Shown here one piece after another: positions 23,312 to 31,372 of a DNA stretch of 32,000 bases. Both the position numbers and the translations under genes were made by a program. The stretch is taken from positions 2,220,001 through 2,252,000 of the forward strand of contig NC_007517.1 of assembly GCF_000012925.1 (NCBI RefSeq), given 5' to 3'. Below the pieces are notes generated by a model, which saw only the letters and a program-made list of their open reading frames with translations, ran no database searches and had not been told where the DNA came from. Each line of letters opens with the position of its first letter. The first letter of the stretch is position 1. Source of the DNA: Geobacter metallireducens GS-15. Its GTDB lineage: Bacteria; Desulfobacterota; Desulfuromonadia; Geobacterales; Geobacteraceae.

Positions 23312-24154
23312 CTACGCCTCCGCAACCTTGCCGCCAACCCTTGCCACAAGCTCCCCCATCGCCCCGAACCTGAAATCACCCAGAAGGCGGTCCAGACGCC
23401 TGCCTGTCTTGCACAGGTTCACATAGTGCCTGAACCGGTAATCGTGCCGAATCGGAATTCGCGGCTGTTCCGGGTCCAACTCCCAGGGGTGGAGATAGAA
23501 CACAAGCGCCCTCCCCTCGCCGTTGATCCGTTTTGCCAGATAGCGGAAGAACGGATAGGGGAAGAGGCGGAAATAGCCCCCGCCGGCAGCGGGAATGTTC
23601 TTGCCGCCGAACCTTACCGTAGACAGGGGCACCTCCACCAACCCGTTGTCGAAGCGGAACGGAGAGAGCGATGAGCCGCTGAAGCCGTACCGGTCATGGA
23701 ACGAGGTGGGGAACACGCTGGAGTCGTAGGTGAACCCCTCGTCAACCAGCACGTCGAGAGCCCAGGGCGTTTCCGGATTAACGGAAAACGACGGCGCCCG
23801 GTACCCCCGCACTGCCATTCCTGTGAGCCCCTCAAGAATCTCCTTCGAGCGCCGAAGATCCCGGCGGAACTCCTCAGGGGTCTGGGTGTAGACCAGTTCA
23901 TGCCCATAGCCGTGGCTGGCGATCTCGTGCCCTGCATCGGCAATCTCCCGCACGAGATCGGGGCACCGCTCCGCAACCCATCCGAGAATGAAGAATGTTG
24001 CCCGGGTCTGGTGGCGCCGCAACAAGTCCAAAATTTTGCGGGTATTGTTCACCACCCGCAGGTCGCACGTATCCCAGCTGTCGGCGGCAATGGCCCCCTT
24101 AAGGTTCTCCACCTGGAACCAGTCCTCTATGTCGAAACTAAGGGCGTTTAGCAT
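23312..24154 (-). CDS. polysaccharide deacetylase (NodB/CE4 fold), PEP-CTERM/XrtA-locus subfamily type
   Basis: 280-aa ORF. NALSFDIEDWFQVENL...ATFFILGWVAERCPDLVREIADAGHEIASHGYGHELVY is the characteristic N-half of the exosortase-locus deacetylase family. The size also fits. Confidence 0.88.
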   Translation of the reverse strand: MLNALSFDIEDWFQVENLKGAIAADSWDTCDLRVVNNTRKILDLLRRHQTRATFFILGWVAERCPDLVREIADAGHEIASHGYGHELVYTQTPEEFRRDLRRSKEILEGLTGMAVRGYRAPSFSVNPETPWALDVLVDEGFTYDSSVFPTSFHDRYGFSGSSLSPFRFDNGLVEVPLSTVRFGGKNIPAAGGGYFRLFPYPFFRYLAKRINGEGRALVFYLHPWELDPEQPRIPIRHDYRFRHYVNLCKTGRRLDRLLGDFRFGAMGELVARVGGKVAEA

Positions 24155-24161
24155 TCAAATT

Positions 24162-24274
24162 CTTTCACCACGAAAACACGAAATTGAGAAAACACGAAAA
24201 TAAACCCCAAGACCTTTAGCCTCTTTGTGTTTTATGCCTCTTTTCGTACTTTCAACCTTTCGTGCTTTCGTGAG
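24162..24274 (-). repeat. intercistronic inverted-repeat element, copy B
   Basis: It has the same arms as copy A (CACGAAAACACGAAATTGAGAAAACACGAAAA ... TTTTCGTACTTTCAACCTTTCGTGCTTTCGTG) but a different central loop. It ends 7 nt from the deacetylase ATG at 24154. Confidence 0.85.
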
Positions 24275-24289
24275 ATGTTTGTTCTTGAT

Positions 24290-25477
24290 TCACATAAACT
24301 CCGCAATCTTCCCGAGAAGCTCCGCCGCAAGCTCGATCTCTTCAGGCGTATTGTAGATATAGAAGGACATCCGCGCCGTCGGCCCGATGCCGAGCCGGTC
24401 ATGGAGCGGTTGAGCGCAGTGGAAGCCCGAGCGGATCATGATGTTCTCCCGCAGGTTCAGCACCTTGGCCACGCCGTGGCACCCCATCCCCTTGACATTG
24501 AAGGTGATGACGGAGAGCCGGTCCGTGGGATCGAGGCTGCCGTATAGTTCTACATTGTCGATGGCCTTCATCCTCTCCAGGGCCAACGCCATCAAGGCCT
24601 TGTCGTGGGCCAGCACGTTGTCCATGCCGATGTCGTTCAGGTAGTCGATGGCGCTGGCCAGCGCAATAGCACCCTCGATGTTGGGCGTTCCCGCCTCATA
24701 GCAGGTGGGGGGTTCCTCAGGAACATAACTTCCCAGGTGGGCCTCCTTGATGGTGCTCCCCCCCATGAGATACGGTTCCATCCGCTCATAGAGCTCTTCC
24801 CGCACATAGAGGACGCCGATACCCGAGGGCGCCAGCATCTTGTGCCCGCTGAAAACCAGGAAATCGCATCCCATCGCCTTGACGTCGATCTCCATGTGCG
24901 GCGCCGACTGGGCCGCATCAACCAGTGTCAGCGCCCCGTTTTTCCGCGCCTCGGCTATCACCTCTTCCACCGGATTGACCAGACCAAGTACGTTGGAGAC
25001 GTGGGTCACCGCGACCAGGAGCGTCGGTTTCAGCAATTTTTCCTTCAGATCCGCCACATCTATCCGCCCCTGGGCGTCGATATCCACATAGTCTACCTTC
25101 CGTGAACGTCCCCACGGAAGGAGATTCGAGTGGTGCTCGGTAACGGTGGACAGAATCTGCCCCTCCCCCTTCAGGCAGGTGCTTACCAGATTGATCGCTT
25201 CGGTCGTGTTCCTGACAAAGACGATTTCCCGCTCGTCGGCATTGATGAAACGGGCAACGGTCCGGCGCGCTTCCTCATAGAGCTCCGACGACTCCTGGGA
25301 AAGGGTGTGCACCCCGCGGTGGATATTGGCGCAGTGGTTCGCGTAGTAGTTCGAAAGCGTATCGATCACCTGGCGAGGCTTCTGGGTCGTGGCGGCGCTG
25401 TCGAAATAGACTATCGGCTTCCCGTTGATGCGCCTCTCAAAGATGGGGAAATCTCCCCTGATTTTCTGAATGTCCAT
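24290..25477 (-). CDS. class V PLP enzyme, SufS/CsdA-like cysteine desulfurase
   Basis: 395-aa ORF. FPIFERRINGKPIVYFDSAATTQKPRQVI...ANIHRGVHTLS is the SufS N-terminal signature. The PLP lysine is in FSGHKMLAPSGIGVLY (Lys213, 24839-24841). The active-site cysteine is in IRSGFHCAQPL (Cys354, 24416-24418). AAGGAG lies upstream of the ATG. Confidence 0.85.
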   Translation of the reverse strand: MDIQKIRGDFPIFERRINGKPIVYFDSAATTQKPRQVIDTLSNYYANHCANIHRGVHTLSQESSELYEEARRTVARFINADEREIVFVRNTTEAINLVSTCLKGEGQILSTVTEHHSNLLPWGRSRKVDYVDIDAQGRIDVADLKEKLLKPTLLVAVTHVSNVLGLVNPVEEVIAEARKNGALTLVDAAQSAPHMEIDVKAMGCDFLVFSGHKMLAPSGIGVLYVREELYERMEPYLMGGSTIKEAHLGSYVPEEPPTCYEAGTPNIEGAIALASAIDYLNDIGMDNVLAHDKALMALALERMKAIDNVELYGSLDPTDRLSVITFNVKGMGCHGVAKVLNLRENIMIRSGFHCAQPLHDRLGIGPTARMSFYIYNTPEEIELAAELLGKIAEFM

Positions 25478-25504
25478 CGAAAAATCTCCTTCACTACTTC
25501 AGCA

Positions 25505-26968
25505 TTACAGCCTGTCGTGCCCCTTTGCCTTGATAAACCGGAACTTCCCGCCATCCTCGGCCTTGATGGTCTTTACCGCGTATGCCTTTACATTCGCCTC
25601 AGTATCGAAGAATTCCCGGAAATCCCTGGCAATCCCCTCCCGGTCGACCTCTTTACCTTCAACCGGAACACACAGCAGCTCATACCGGCCGGCCGATTTC
25701 TCCGTTAGCTGGAAGTTGTCGATCTCTTCACGCCGATGGAAAAAATCGAACACCTCGTCGCTGGTGAAAAACCTCCCCTGGGAGTTGACCAAGGTGTCCT
25801 GCACCCTTCCCTCCACTTCCAGCCGGATCCCTCTCCGGCCGCATCCGTGGTCATCCTCGAAGTAGCGGCCAACATCCCCGATCTCGTATCTGATCCACGG
25901 CATGGCCCTGTTTTCCAGATCAGTCACGTAGAACTTGCCCAGTTCCCCCGGTGCTGCGGCCCGATCACCATGACGGACCTCCACATGGTAGAGATCCATG
26001 AAGAGATGGACCCCTTCGTGCTTCGGACAATCAGCGGCCATGAAACCCAACTCGCTGCAGCCGTAAGTGTCATACACCTCGCACCCGAACGCCGTGGCGA
26101 TAATCTGTTTCATGTACGGGGTCAACGAACCGCCGAAGGGCTTGATGACACCGACGCGGGGAGCGGAAATCCCCTTGTCGAGAATGTACTTGGCAAACGT
26201 GTACAAATAGAGAGGAAGCCCCTCCAGCAGGTGTGGCTGATAGCTCCGGATAGAATCCAGATAGGAAACAATGTCGCTTTCCGGGATATTGGTCCCCTCC
26301 GGACCGAAGGAAGGGAGCGTCACCCGCTTGTACAGGTCATGACGCATGCTGTAGAGCCCCTCGTACACATGCCTCCCCGCACCGCCGAAATCACCTTCCT
26401 TAACCAGTGAAACCAGCTTCTTCGTGGAGAGTTTCTCACCCTTGGGCCCGTCATTGATCCCGCAGATGGTGGTGCACATGTGAGGAGGAATCTCCATCCA
26501 CTTCATCCCCATCCTGTGGTTGCCGGCAAGACGGTGGGCCCTGATCCCCGCGGCCCAGTTGAGGGTCGACTTGCGAAAATCGTGGATACCCATGATCTTG
26601 CGCGTCGTGCCTGAACTGGCCACATACTTCCAGCGGTTGCGGTCCATCCCCCCGGCCGTAATCCCCTCGGGGAAGTTGGCCATGATGTCGTCCTTGGTGG
26701 TCGGCGGAATCCGCTCGATGTCCTCAATGGACTTGATATCTTCGGGATGCAGCCCGATCGAATCGAACCGCTGCCGGTAAAACGGGACATTCTCGTAGGC
26801 ATGGCGGACAATCGTCTGAAGCTTCGTCAACTGCATCTGGCGCAGCTGTTCAAGGCTCAGCCGTTCCGATTTCAGCATCACCTTGTACTCGTCCCATATT
26901 TTGAGGTCCGTAAACCGCGATGCGGCCGGCATGACGAGCTTGTTCATGATCAGAGGGTATACCTGCAT
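25505..26968 (-). CDS. PaaK/CapK/F390-synthetase-family adenylate-forming enzyme
   Basis: 487-aa ORF. LTKLQTIVRHAYENVPFYRQRFDSIGLHPEDIKSIEDIERIPPTTKDD is the family N-terminal signature. The P-loop-like motif is ASSGTTRKIMG, followed by later YDTYGCSELG and YEIGD motifs. AAGGAG lies upstream of the ATG. Confidence 0.8.
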   Translation of the reverse strand: MQVYPLIMNKLVMPAASRFTDLKIWDEYKVMLKSERLSLEQLRQMQLTKLQTIVRHAYENVPFYRQRFDSIGLHPEDIKSIEDIERIPPTTKDDIMANFPEGITAGGMDRNRWKYVASSGTTRKIMGIHDFRKSTLNWAAGIRAHRLAGNHRMGMKWMEIPPHMCTTICGINDGPKGEKLSTKKLVSLVKEGDFGGAGRHVYEGLYSMRHDLYKRVTLPSFGPEGTNIPESDIVSYLDSIRSYQPHLLEGLPLYLYTFAKYILDKGISAPRVGVIKPFGGSLTPYMKQIIATAFGCEVYDTYGCSELGFMAADCPKHEGVHLFMDLYHVEVRHGDRAAAPGELGKFYVTDLENRAMPWIRYEIGDVGRYFEDDHGCGRRGIRLEVEGRVQDTLVNSQGRFFTSDEVFDFFHRREEIDNFQLTEKSAGRYELLCVPVEGKEVDREGIARDFREFFDTEANVKAYAVKTIKAEDGGKFRFIKAKGHDRL

Positions 26969-26997
26969 GGCTCTACTCCTTTTCTACTTCATAAAGG

Positions 26998-27096
26998 CTT
27001 TGATCACGAAAGCACGAAATTGAAACCCGAAAAACAAAGTAAGGTTCGGAGAGTTTGTGCCTTTTTTCGTGCTTTCGACCTTTCGTGCTTTCGTGA
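26998..27096 (-). repeat. intercistronic inverted-repeat element, copy C (shorter, inner arm partly eroded)
   Basis: The outer stem CACGAAAGCACGAAA / TTTCGTGCTTTCGTG is perfect over 15 of 15 positions. The right arm CTTTTTTCGTGCTTTCGACCTTTCGTGCTTTCGTGA is near-identical to copies A and B. It lies between the GT2 stop (27131) and the PaaK-like start (26968). Confidence 0.8.
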
Positions 27097-27130
27097 TTAG
27101 TTCTTATTTGCCTTTATTCGTGTGTTCAAG

Positions 27131-28270
27131 TCACTTGCGCACCGTCTCCCACGTAACCATCTTCTGCCCAGCAAGGGTTTTGAAAAAAGCAATAAGCGAC
27201 GCCGTATTCACGATGCAGAAATAGAGCGGCACCGCGGCGGGCTTGAACTTCTTACCCACCCGGTCAGCCCCGAGACCAAACAACGCCAGCAGATAGAACG
27301 CCACCTGAAGCACAAAGGTAATCACGTAGAACTGCCTATCGAGCAGAAATGCATTAGCGACCAGCAGCCCGATCAGGAAGAACGGAATCAGCCACCGGAG
27401 CACTTTGTGGGAAAAGAGCTGAAAGGCAACAAACGGAAAACGAAAAGGGTTCAGAAGCCCCCGGGCGAAGAGGATGCCCCGCATGGCCCGGGTGATGACC
27501 CGGATGCGCATCCGGAACTCCTCGTGGGACTTCTCGGTGGTCTCTTCGTAGGCCACTGCCTCCTGCTCGAAGACAACACGGTACCCGCCCCGGATCACCA
27601 TGAGGGGCTCCACCAGATCGCTGATGATGTCGCCGGGAAGCGGCACATAGGCCGCCTTGCGCACCGAGTAGATGCAACCGCAGCACCCCGAGATGGTCCT
27701 GATCCGGGTCTGCATGCTTTTGATGAAGTTCTCGTACTTCCAGAAAAGGATCGAGCCGGTCCCCACCGGTGCCCCCGTGGGGTTCACGTACTCGTAGCGG
27801 CCGCTCACGGCCCCCACTTCAGGGTCGTTGTAGTTGCGGACCAGCTTGCGGATGGCGTCCTTCTCGTAGACGGTCGTGGCGTCGGAGAAGATGATGACAT
27901 CGCCGGTGGCCGCCTTAACCGCCTCATTCTGGGTGGCGGTCTTCCCAACCCTCCCCTCGACCCGCTTCAGAACCACCCCCTGATCGCGGAACTCGCGCAC
28001 GATGTCGTCAGTGCGGTCGGTGGAGCCATCGGAAGCCACCATCACCTCAAGCTGTTCCCAGGGATAGTCGAGCGCAAGTACTTCCGTCAGCTTCTTGCGG
28101 ATATTCTTCTCCTCGTTGTAGGCGGTGATCAGGAAGGTTACACGAGGCGTTATGTCGCGCCGGTCCAGAGGCCGTTTCACAAACAGGCCGATGAGGGGGA
28201 TCAGCAGCGCGTAGCCGAAGTAGGTATAGAAAATCGTGACAACCAGCAACCAGAAAATCCATTCACTCAT
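27131..28270 (-). CDS. membrane-embedded GT2-family glycosyltransferase (synthase-like topology)
   Basis: 379-aa ORF with an N-terminal TM, then VTFLITAYNEEKNI...VASDGSTDRT...IIFSDATTV (GT-A with a DxD-type motif). C-terminal TM helices carry the HKVLRW motif. There is an ATGA overlap with the upstream gene. Confidence 0.85.
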   Translation of the reverse strand: MSEWIFWLLVVTIFYTYFGYALLIPLIGLFVKRPLDRRDITPRVTFLITAYNEEKNIRKKLTEVLALDYPWEQLEVMVASDGSTDRTDDIVREFRDQGVVLKRVEGRVGKTATQNEAVKAATGDVIIFSDATTVYEKDAIRKLVRNYNDPEVGAVSGRYEYVNPTGAPVGTGSILFWKYENFIKSMQTRIRTISGCCGCIYSVRKAAYVPLPGDIISDLVEPLMVIRGGYRVVFEQEAVAYEETTEKSHEEFRMRIRVITRAMRGILFARGLLNPFRFPFVAFQLFSHKVLRWLIPFFLIGLLVANAFLLDRQFYVITFVLQVAFYLLALFGLGADRVGKKFKPAAVPLYFCIVNTASLIAFFKTLAGQKMVTWETVRK

Positions 28271-29688
28271 GACGCAATCCTACTGTTCGGGAAATGGTCC
28301 ATTTCAGGGGCAGCGGGAACAGCCACGACGTCAGTCACAGAAGCCGCAATCCGAGCGTTGTGCTGGTCAACCAGTGCCCAGAGCACCCAGTAGATGCCGC
28401 CAAGTTGAAGATACGTCCATCGGTCGCCGAAAAAATTCGAGACAATCGATGCAATCACGGCACAGACGAAACCAAACCCGAATGCCTTTATGATCTCTTC
28501 ATCACCATTTTTGTAAAGCTTCCAGCCACTGCGAAGAGCAAGAACATACAGCCAGATATACAGAGAGAGGCCAATGACTCCCTCCTCTGCCATGAATTTA
28601 ATGTACACGTTATGGGTATCCCAACCGGTAAGATACTGGTATGTATTGTATCCTTTGCCGGTTATGGGGTTCTCGTAGAAATACCCCAAAGCCTTTTCCC
28701 AGATTTCGGTCCTCTTTGCCGTTTCGAGCTGCATGCCGCCGACCTCAACGACATCAGTACGAGCGCCGTCCTCAACGATGGTATTCTCAATCCTGTCCAC
28801 AACCGATGAAGGAAGGATCGCTTTCCAGGTTATGAGGAATGCGACAATGACAATGAGCAACCTGCGTTCCTTGACGAATGCGATAAAAATGGCGGTAAGG
28901 AGAATAGCTACGTAAGCCCCCCGTGAGTAAGAATAAAGAGCGCAATAAGTGCTCCCTATCATGAAGAACACATAGGCGATGCGGCGTTTGACATTCTTGT
29001 CGATGATAAAAAGGCCAAGGACAAAAAGCATATGAATAGCGTGGAAAGCTCCCATCTCATTGGGCCCAAGATTGGCAAGTCCGCTCACCCGGCTTTTGGA
29101 CCCTTGGTAACGGGTATGCTTCACCCACTTAAAGGATTGCTGGAAGCGGATGTCCGCCACTAGAAATGCCCCAAAAAGAAACGTGAACAACTTATTCTGC
29201 CACGCCCTCTCGCGCAAAGCGTAATAGGTAATCAGGTAGAGGAGCGGCATAATCATGTAGTTTTTCCAGTGAGCAAGCCTGAGAAGGTTTATCTCACCCG
29301 TCAAGCCGTCAAAACTCGCCGATCCTATCAACAGGCTGATAAAGGAATACCCTGCGAATATCGCAAGAGGTTTCAGGAGCGGACTTGGGCCAAGTGCCGG
29401 CACTTCGTCGTCACGCTTCTGAATACAAATACCCAAGAGCATTGCGATAATAGTGAAATCAATAACGTTGTTAGCCAGCGGCAGTTCCGACTTCAGAACC
29501 TTGTCGAGAATGACGTAGAGCGGTATTAGCGGCACCAGGAAGAGCAATCCTATTGCACTCCGATTAACGGCAGAAGCAATAATCACTGGGCCTGCCAGTC
29601 CATAGACCACATACGGAACTATTTCACTGAGACCTAAACCAAGCATGAAATACCTTTGTCTCTCTGAAACAAATACAGAAATCGGCAA
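28267..29688 (-). CDS. Wzy/O-antigen-ligase-like polytopic membrane protein (EPS polymerase or exosortase-system O-glycosylation ligase type)
   Basis: It has about 10 or more hydrophobic helices. The Wzy_C-like segment is YSYSRGAYVAILLTAIFIAF. The ORF-track start is TTG 29688, and ATG 29646 (MLGLGL...) is an alternative. Confidence 0.7.
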   Translation of the reverse strand: MPISVFVSERQRYFMLGLGLSEIVPYVVYGLAGPVIIASAVNRSAIGLLFLVPLIPLYVILDKVLKSELPLANNVIDFTIIAMLLGICIQKRDDEVPALGPSPLLKPLAIFAGYSFISLLIGSASFDGLTGEINLLRLAHWKNYMIMPLLYLITYYALRERAWQNKLFTFLFGAFLVADIRFQQSFKWVKHTRYQGSKSRVSGLANLGPNEMGAFHAIHMLFVLGLFIIDKNVKRRIAYVFFMIGSTYCALYSYSRGAYVAILLTAIFIAFVKERRLLIVIVAFLITWKAILPSSVVDRIENTIVEDGARTDVVEVGGMQLETAKRTEIWEKALGYFYENPITGKGYNTYQYLTGWDTHNVYIKFMAEEGVIGLSLYIWLYVLALRSGWKLYKNGDEEIIKAFGFGFVCAVIASIVSNFFGDRWTYLQLGGIYWVLWALVDQHNARIAASVTDVVAVPAAPEMDHFPNSRIAS

Positions 29689-29707
29689 TACTCAACAAGA
29701 TTTCGTT

Positions 29708-30625
29708 TCATTTCAAAAAATCATTCTTTAAAGCCTTCATATTGAGATAAGAAAGGCCAGGCACGCATGTAGAAAGATAATAAACAATACTCTTAACTGG
29801 TCTATACGGGACGGCCTTTCTGAAATAATTACGTGCGTCGCTGTACTTCTCTGAATTAAGATAGTAATAGGCCAATTCGTAGTAATCCCTGCGTAAGCCT
29901 TTGAAAAGTATTTTCTTTTGGTTATCCGAAAGAGCCCAACGGTTTAAGGCAGTTTCCTTGACTTTGATCCTTCCCAGTTGCGTTTTCTCATAATTCTTAC
30001 TGGTGTTGAACTGATGGCTTCTCCAGTGAGTCAAGACCCGGGGGTCATAATGAATGTCGTAACATCTGCTCAGGCGCAGATAAAAATCGTAATCATCAAC
30101 TATGGGAAGCGATTCGTCGAACAAACCGAGCTGGTCGAAACATGATCTCCGAACCATGATCTGTGAGGCTGTTGTTATATAATTTCTGTAAAGAAACTTT
30201 TCAAACATGCAGCCCCCCTCCCCTTGGCGATGAGGGTTGATCAAGCTGCCAGTCTGCTCATCGAGAATTTGAAAATTACAATAAGTCAGTCCACAGGATA
30301 GATTCCGATCCAAGGCCTCAACCTGGAGTGCAACTTTATCGGGCAACCAGATGTCGTCATGGTCCAGAAAAGCAATGTACTCTCCCGTTGAATTGGTGAT
30401 GCCGGTATTCCTAGCCGCCGCGGTTCCACCGTTTTTCCTCCGTATACAACGAATATTATCTGCTGTGATGTATGGCTTAATCAGTGTTGACACATCAACC
30501 GTTGAGCCGTCATCAACAATTAAAACCTCAATATTAGTAAAATTTTGCGTTCTTACAGATAACAGAGTATCAATTAGATGTTCTCTAGGGTTATAAGTTG
30601 GTATTATAATTGTAACTTTTACCAT
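29708..30625 (-). CDS. GT2-family glycosyltransferase (soluble, about 300 aa)
   Basis: VTIIIPTYNPREHLIDTLLSVRTQNFTNIEVLIVDDGSTVD...IAFLDHDDIW is a classic GT-A N-terminus with a DxD motif. The gene is markedly AT-rich. Confidence 0.85.
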   Translation of the reverse strand: MVKVTIIIPTYNPREHLIDTLLSVRTQNFTNIEVLIVDDGSTVDVSTLIKPYITADNIRCIRRKNGGTAAARNTGITNSTGEYIAFLDHDDIWLPDKVALQVEALDRNLSCGLTYCNFQILDEQTGSLINPHRQGEGGCMFEKFLYRNYITTASQIMVRRSCFDQLGLFDESLPIVDDYDFYLRLSRCYDIHYDPRVLTHWRSHQFNTSKNYEKTQLGRIKVKETALNRWALSDNQKKILFKGLRRDYYELAYYYLNSEKYSDARNYFRKAVPYRPVKSIVYYLSTCVPGLSYLNMKALKNDFLK

Positions 30626-30685
30626 AAAATCAAATGCCCAAGTTCGATTAGCCCGAGTTAGCTGTACACAAACAGAATAAACTAA

Positions 30686-31348
30686 CTAATCTTTTTGCAT
30701 CCCAACACACGCAAATTGCCTATATTTCATATCATCGAAAGTATTGCCCAACAGCTGATTTATCATCCTGAATTTCCACGGAAACTGGGTTTCGCCTATT
30801 CCTTTCATACTAATGATTTTATATCCACACATATCGAATAAATCTTTGATACTTTCGTTCGTAAAAAATCTTAGGTGAGTCTTGTCTAAAATGCCTTCGT
30901 CATTGTATTTCCACTGTTTGTATTTAATGAGTTGTTTTATGTTATCGTAATATCTCACGTTCGGAATAGAAGCGACAACGCGGCAATCTGGTTGCATGAA
31001 TGCCTTAATTCCAACCAAAATAGCCCACGGGTCAACCAAATGCTCGAGGACATCATTAAACACTATACAATCAAAATATAATTCCGGTAACGACAGAGGC
31101 CCAGCTTCAATGCTTCCCACAATTACTTTGTCCAATTTTGTTTGAGCTTCCTTAGCAGCTTCATGACTGAGTTCAACCCCCCAGACCTCAACCGGCCTTT
31201 GTGACTTTAGGGCGTGGCCAAACTCACCTGCTCCGCAACCAACATCAAGTATCTTATTGACGTTATCTGGCATGAACCTCAGCATTTCTAACCTACTGCT
31301 GTTATAGTAATTAGCTGGTTTATGATTAGAACCGAGTAAATTTTCCAT
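30686..31348 (-). CDS. class I SAM-dependent methyltransferase
   Basis: 220-aa ORF. Motif I is ILDVGCGAGEFG, followed by an acidic post-I residue and IVFNDVLEHL. AGGAG lies upstream of the ATG. The gene is AT-rich. Confidence 0.8.
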   Translation of the reverse strand: MENLLGSNHKPANYYNSSRLEMLRFMPDNVNKILDVGCGAGEFGHALKSQRPVEVWGVELSHEAAKEAQTKLDKVIVGSIEAGPLSLPELYFDCIVFNDVLEHLVDPWAILVGIKAFMQPDCRVVASIPNVRYYDNIKQLIKYKQWKYNDEGILDKTHLRFFTNESIKDLFDMCGYKIISMKGIGETQFPWKFRMINQLLGNTFDDMKYRQFACVGMQKD

Positions 31349-31372
31349 TAAAACTCCTAATATCGGTCAGCG

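Noticed and set aside
21986-27096. The three repeats as a CRISPR array or a MITE/IS remnant
   Set aside because: They are not CRISPR because the copies are 2-3 kb apart, separated by genes, each is internally palindromic with a variable centre, and no cas genes are present. A MITE is not supported because no target-site duplication is visible at the flanks (aatag/aaggt, aaatt/atgtt, aaagg/ttagt). No transposase is in the window. All copies share the orientation of transcription. A mobile origin cannot be excluded without genome-wide copies.
27122-28393. 423-aa ORF on the + strand
   Set aside because: It lies entirely antisense to the GT2 and Wzy-like genes and translates to a low-complexity, Arg/Pro/Gly/His-rich product with no motifs. 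This is a typical shadow ORF of high-GC coding DNA.
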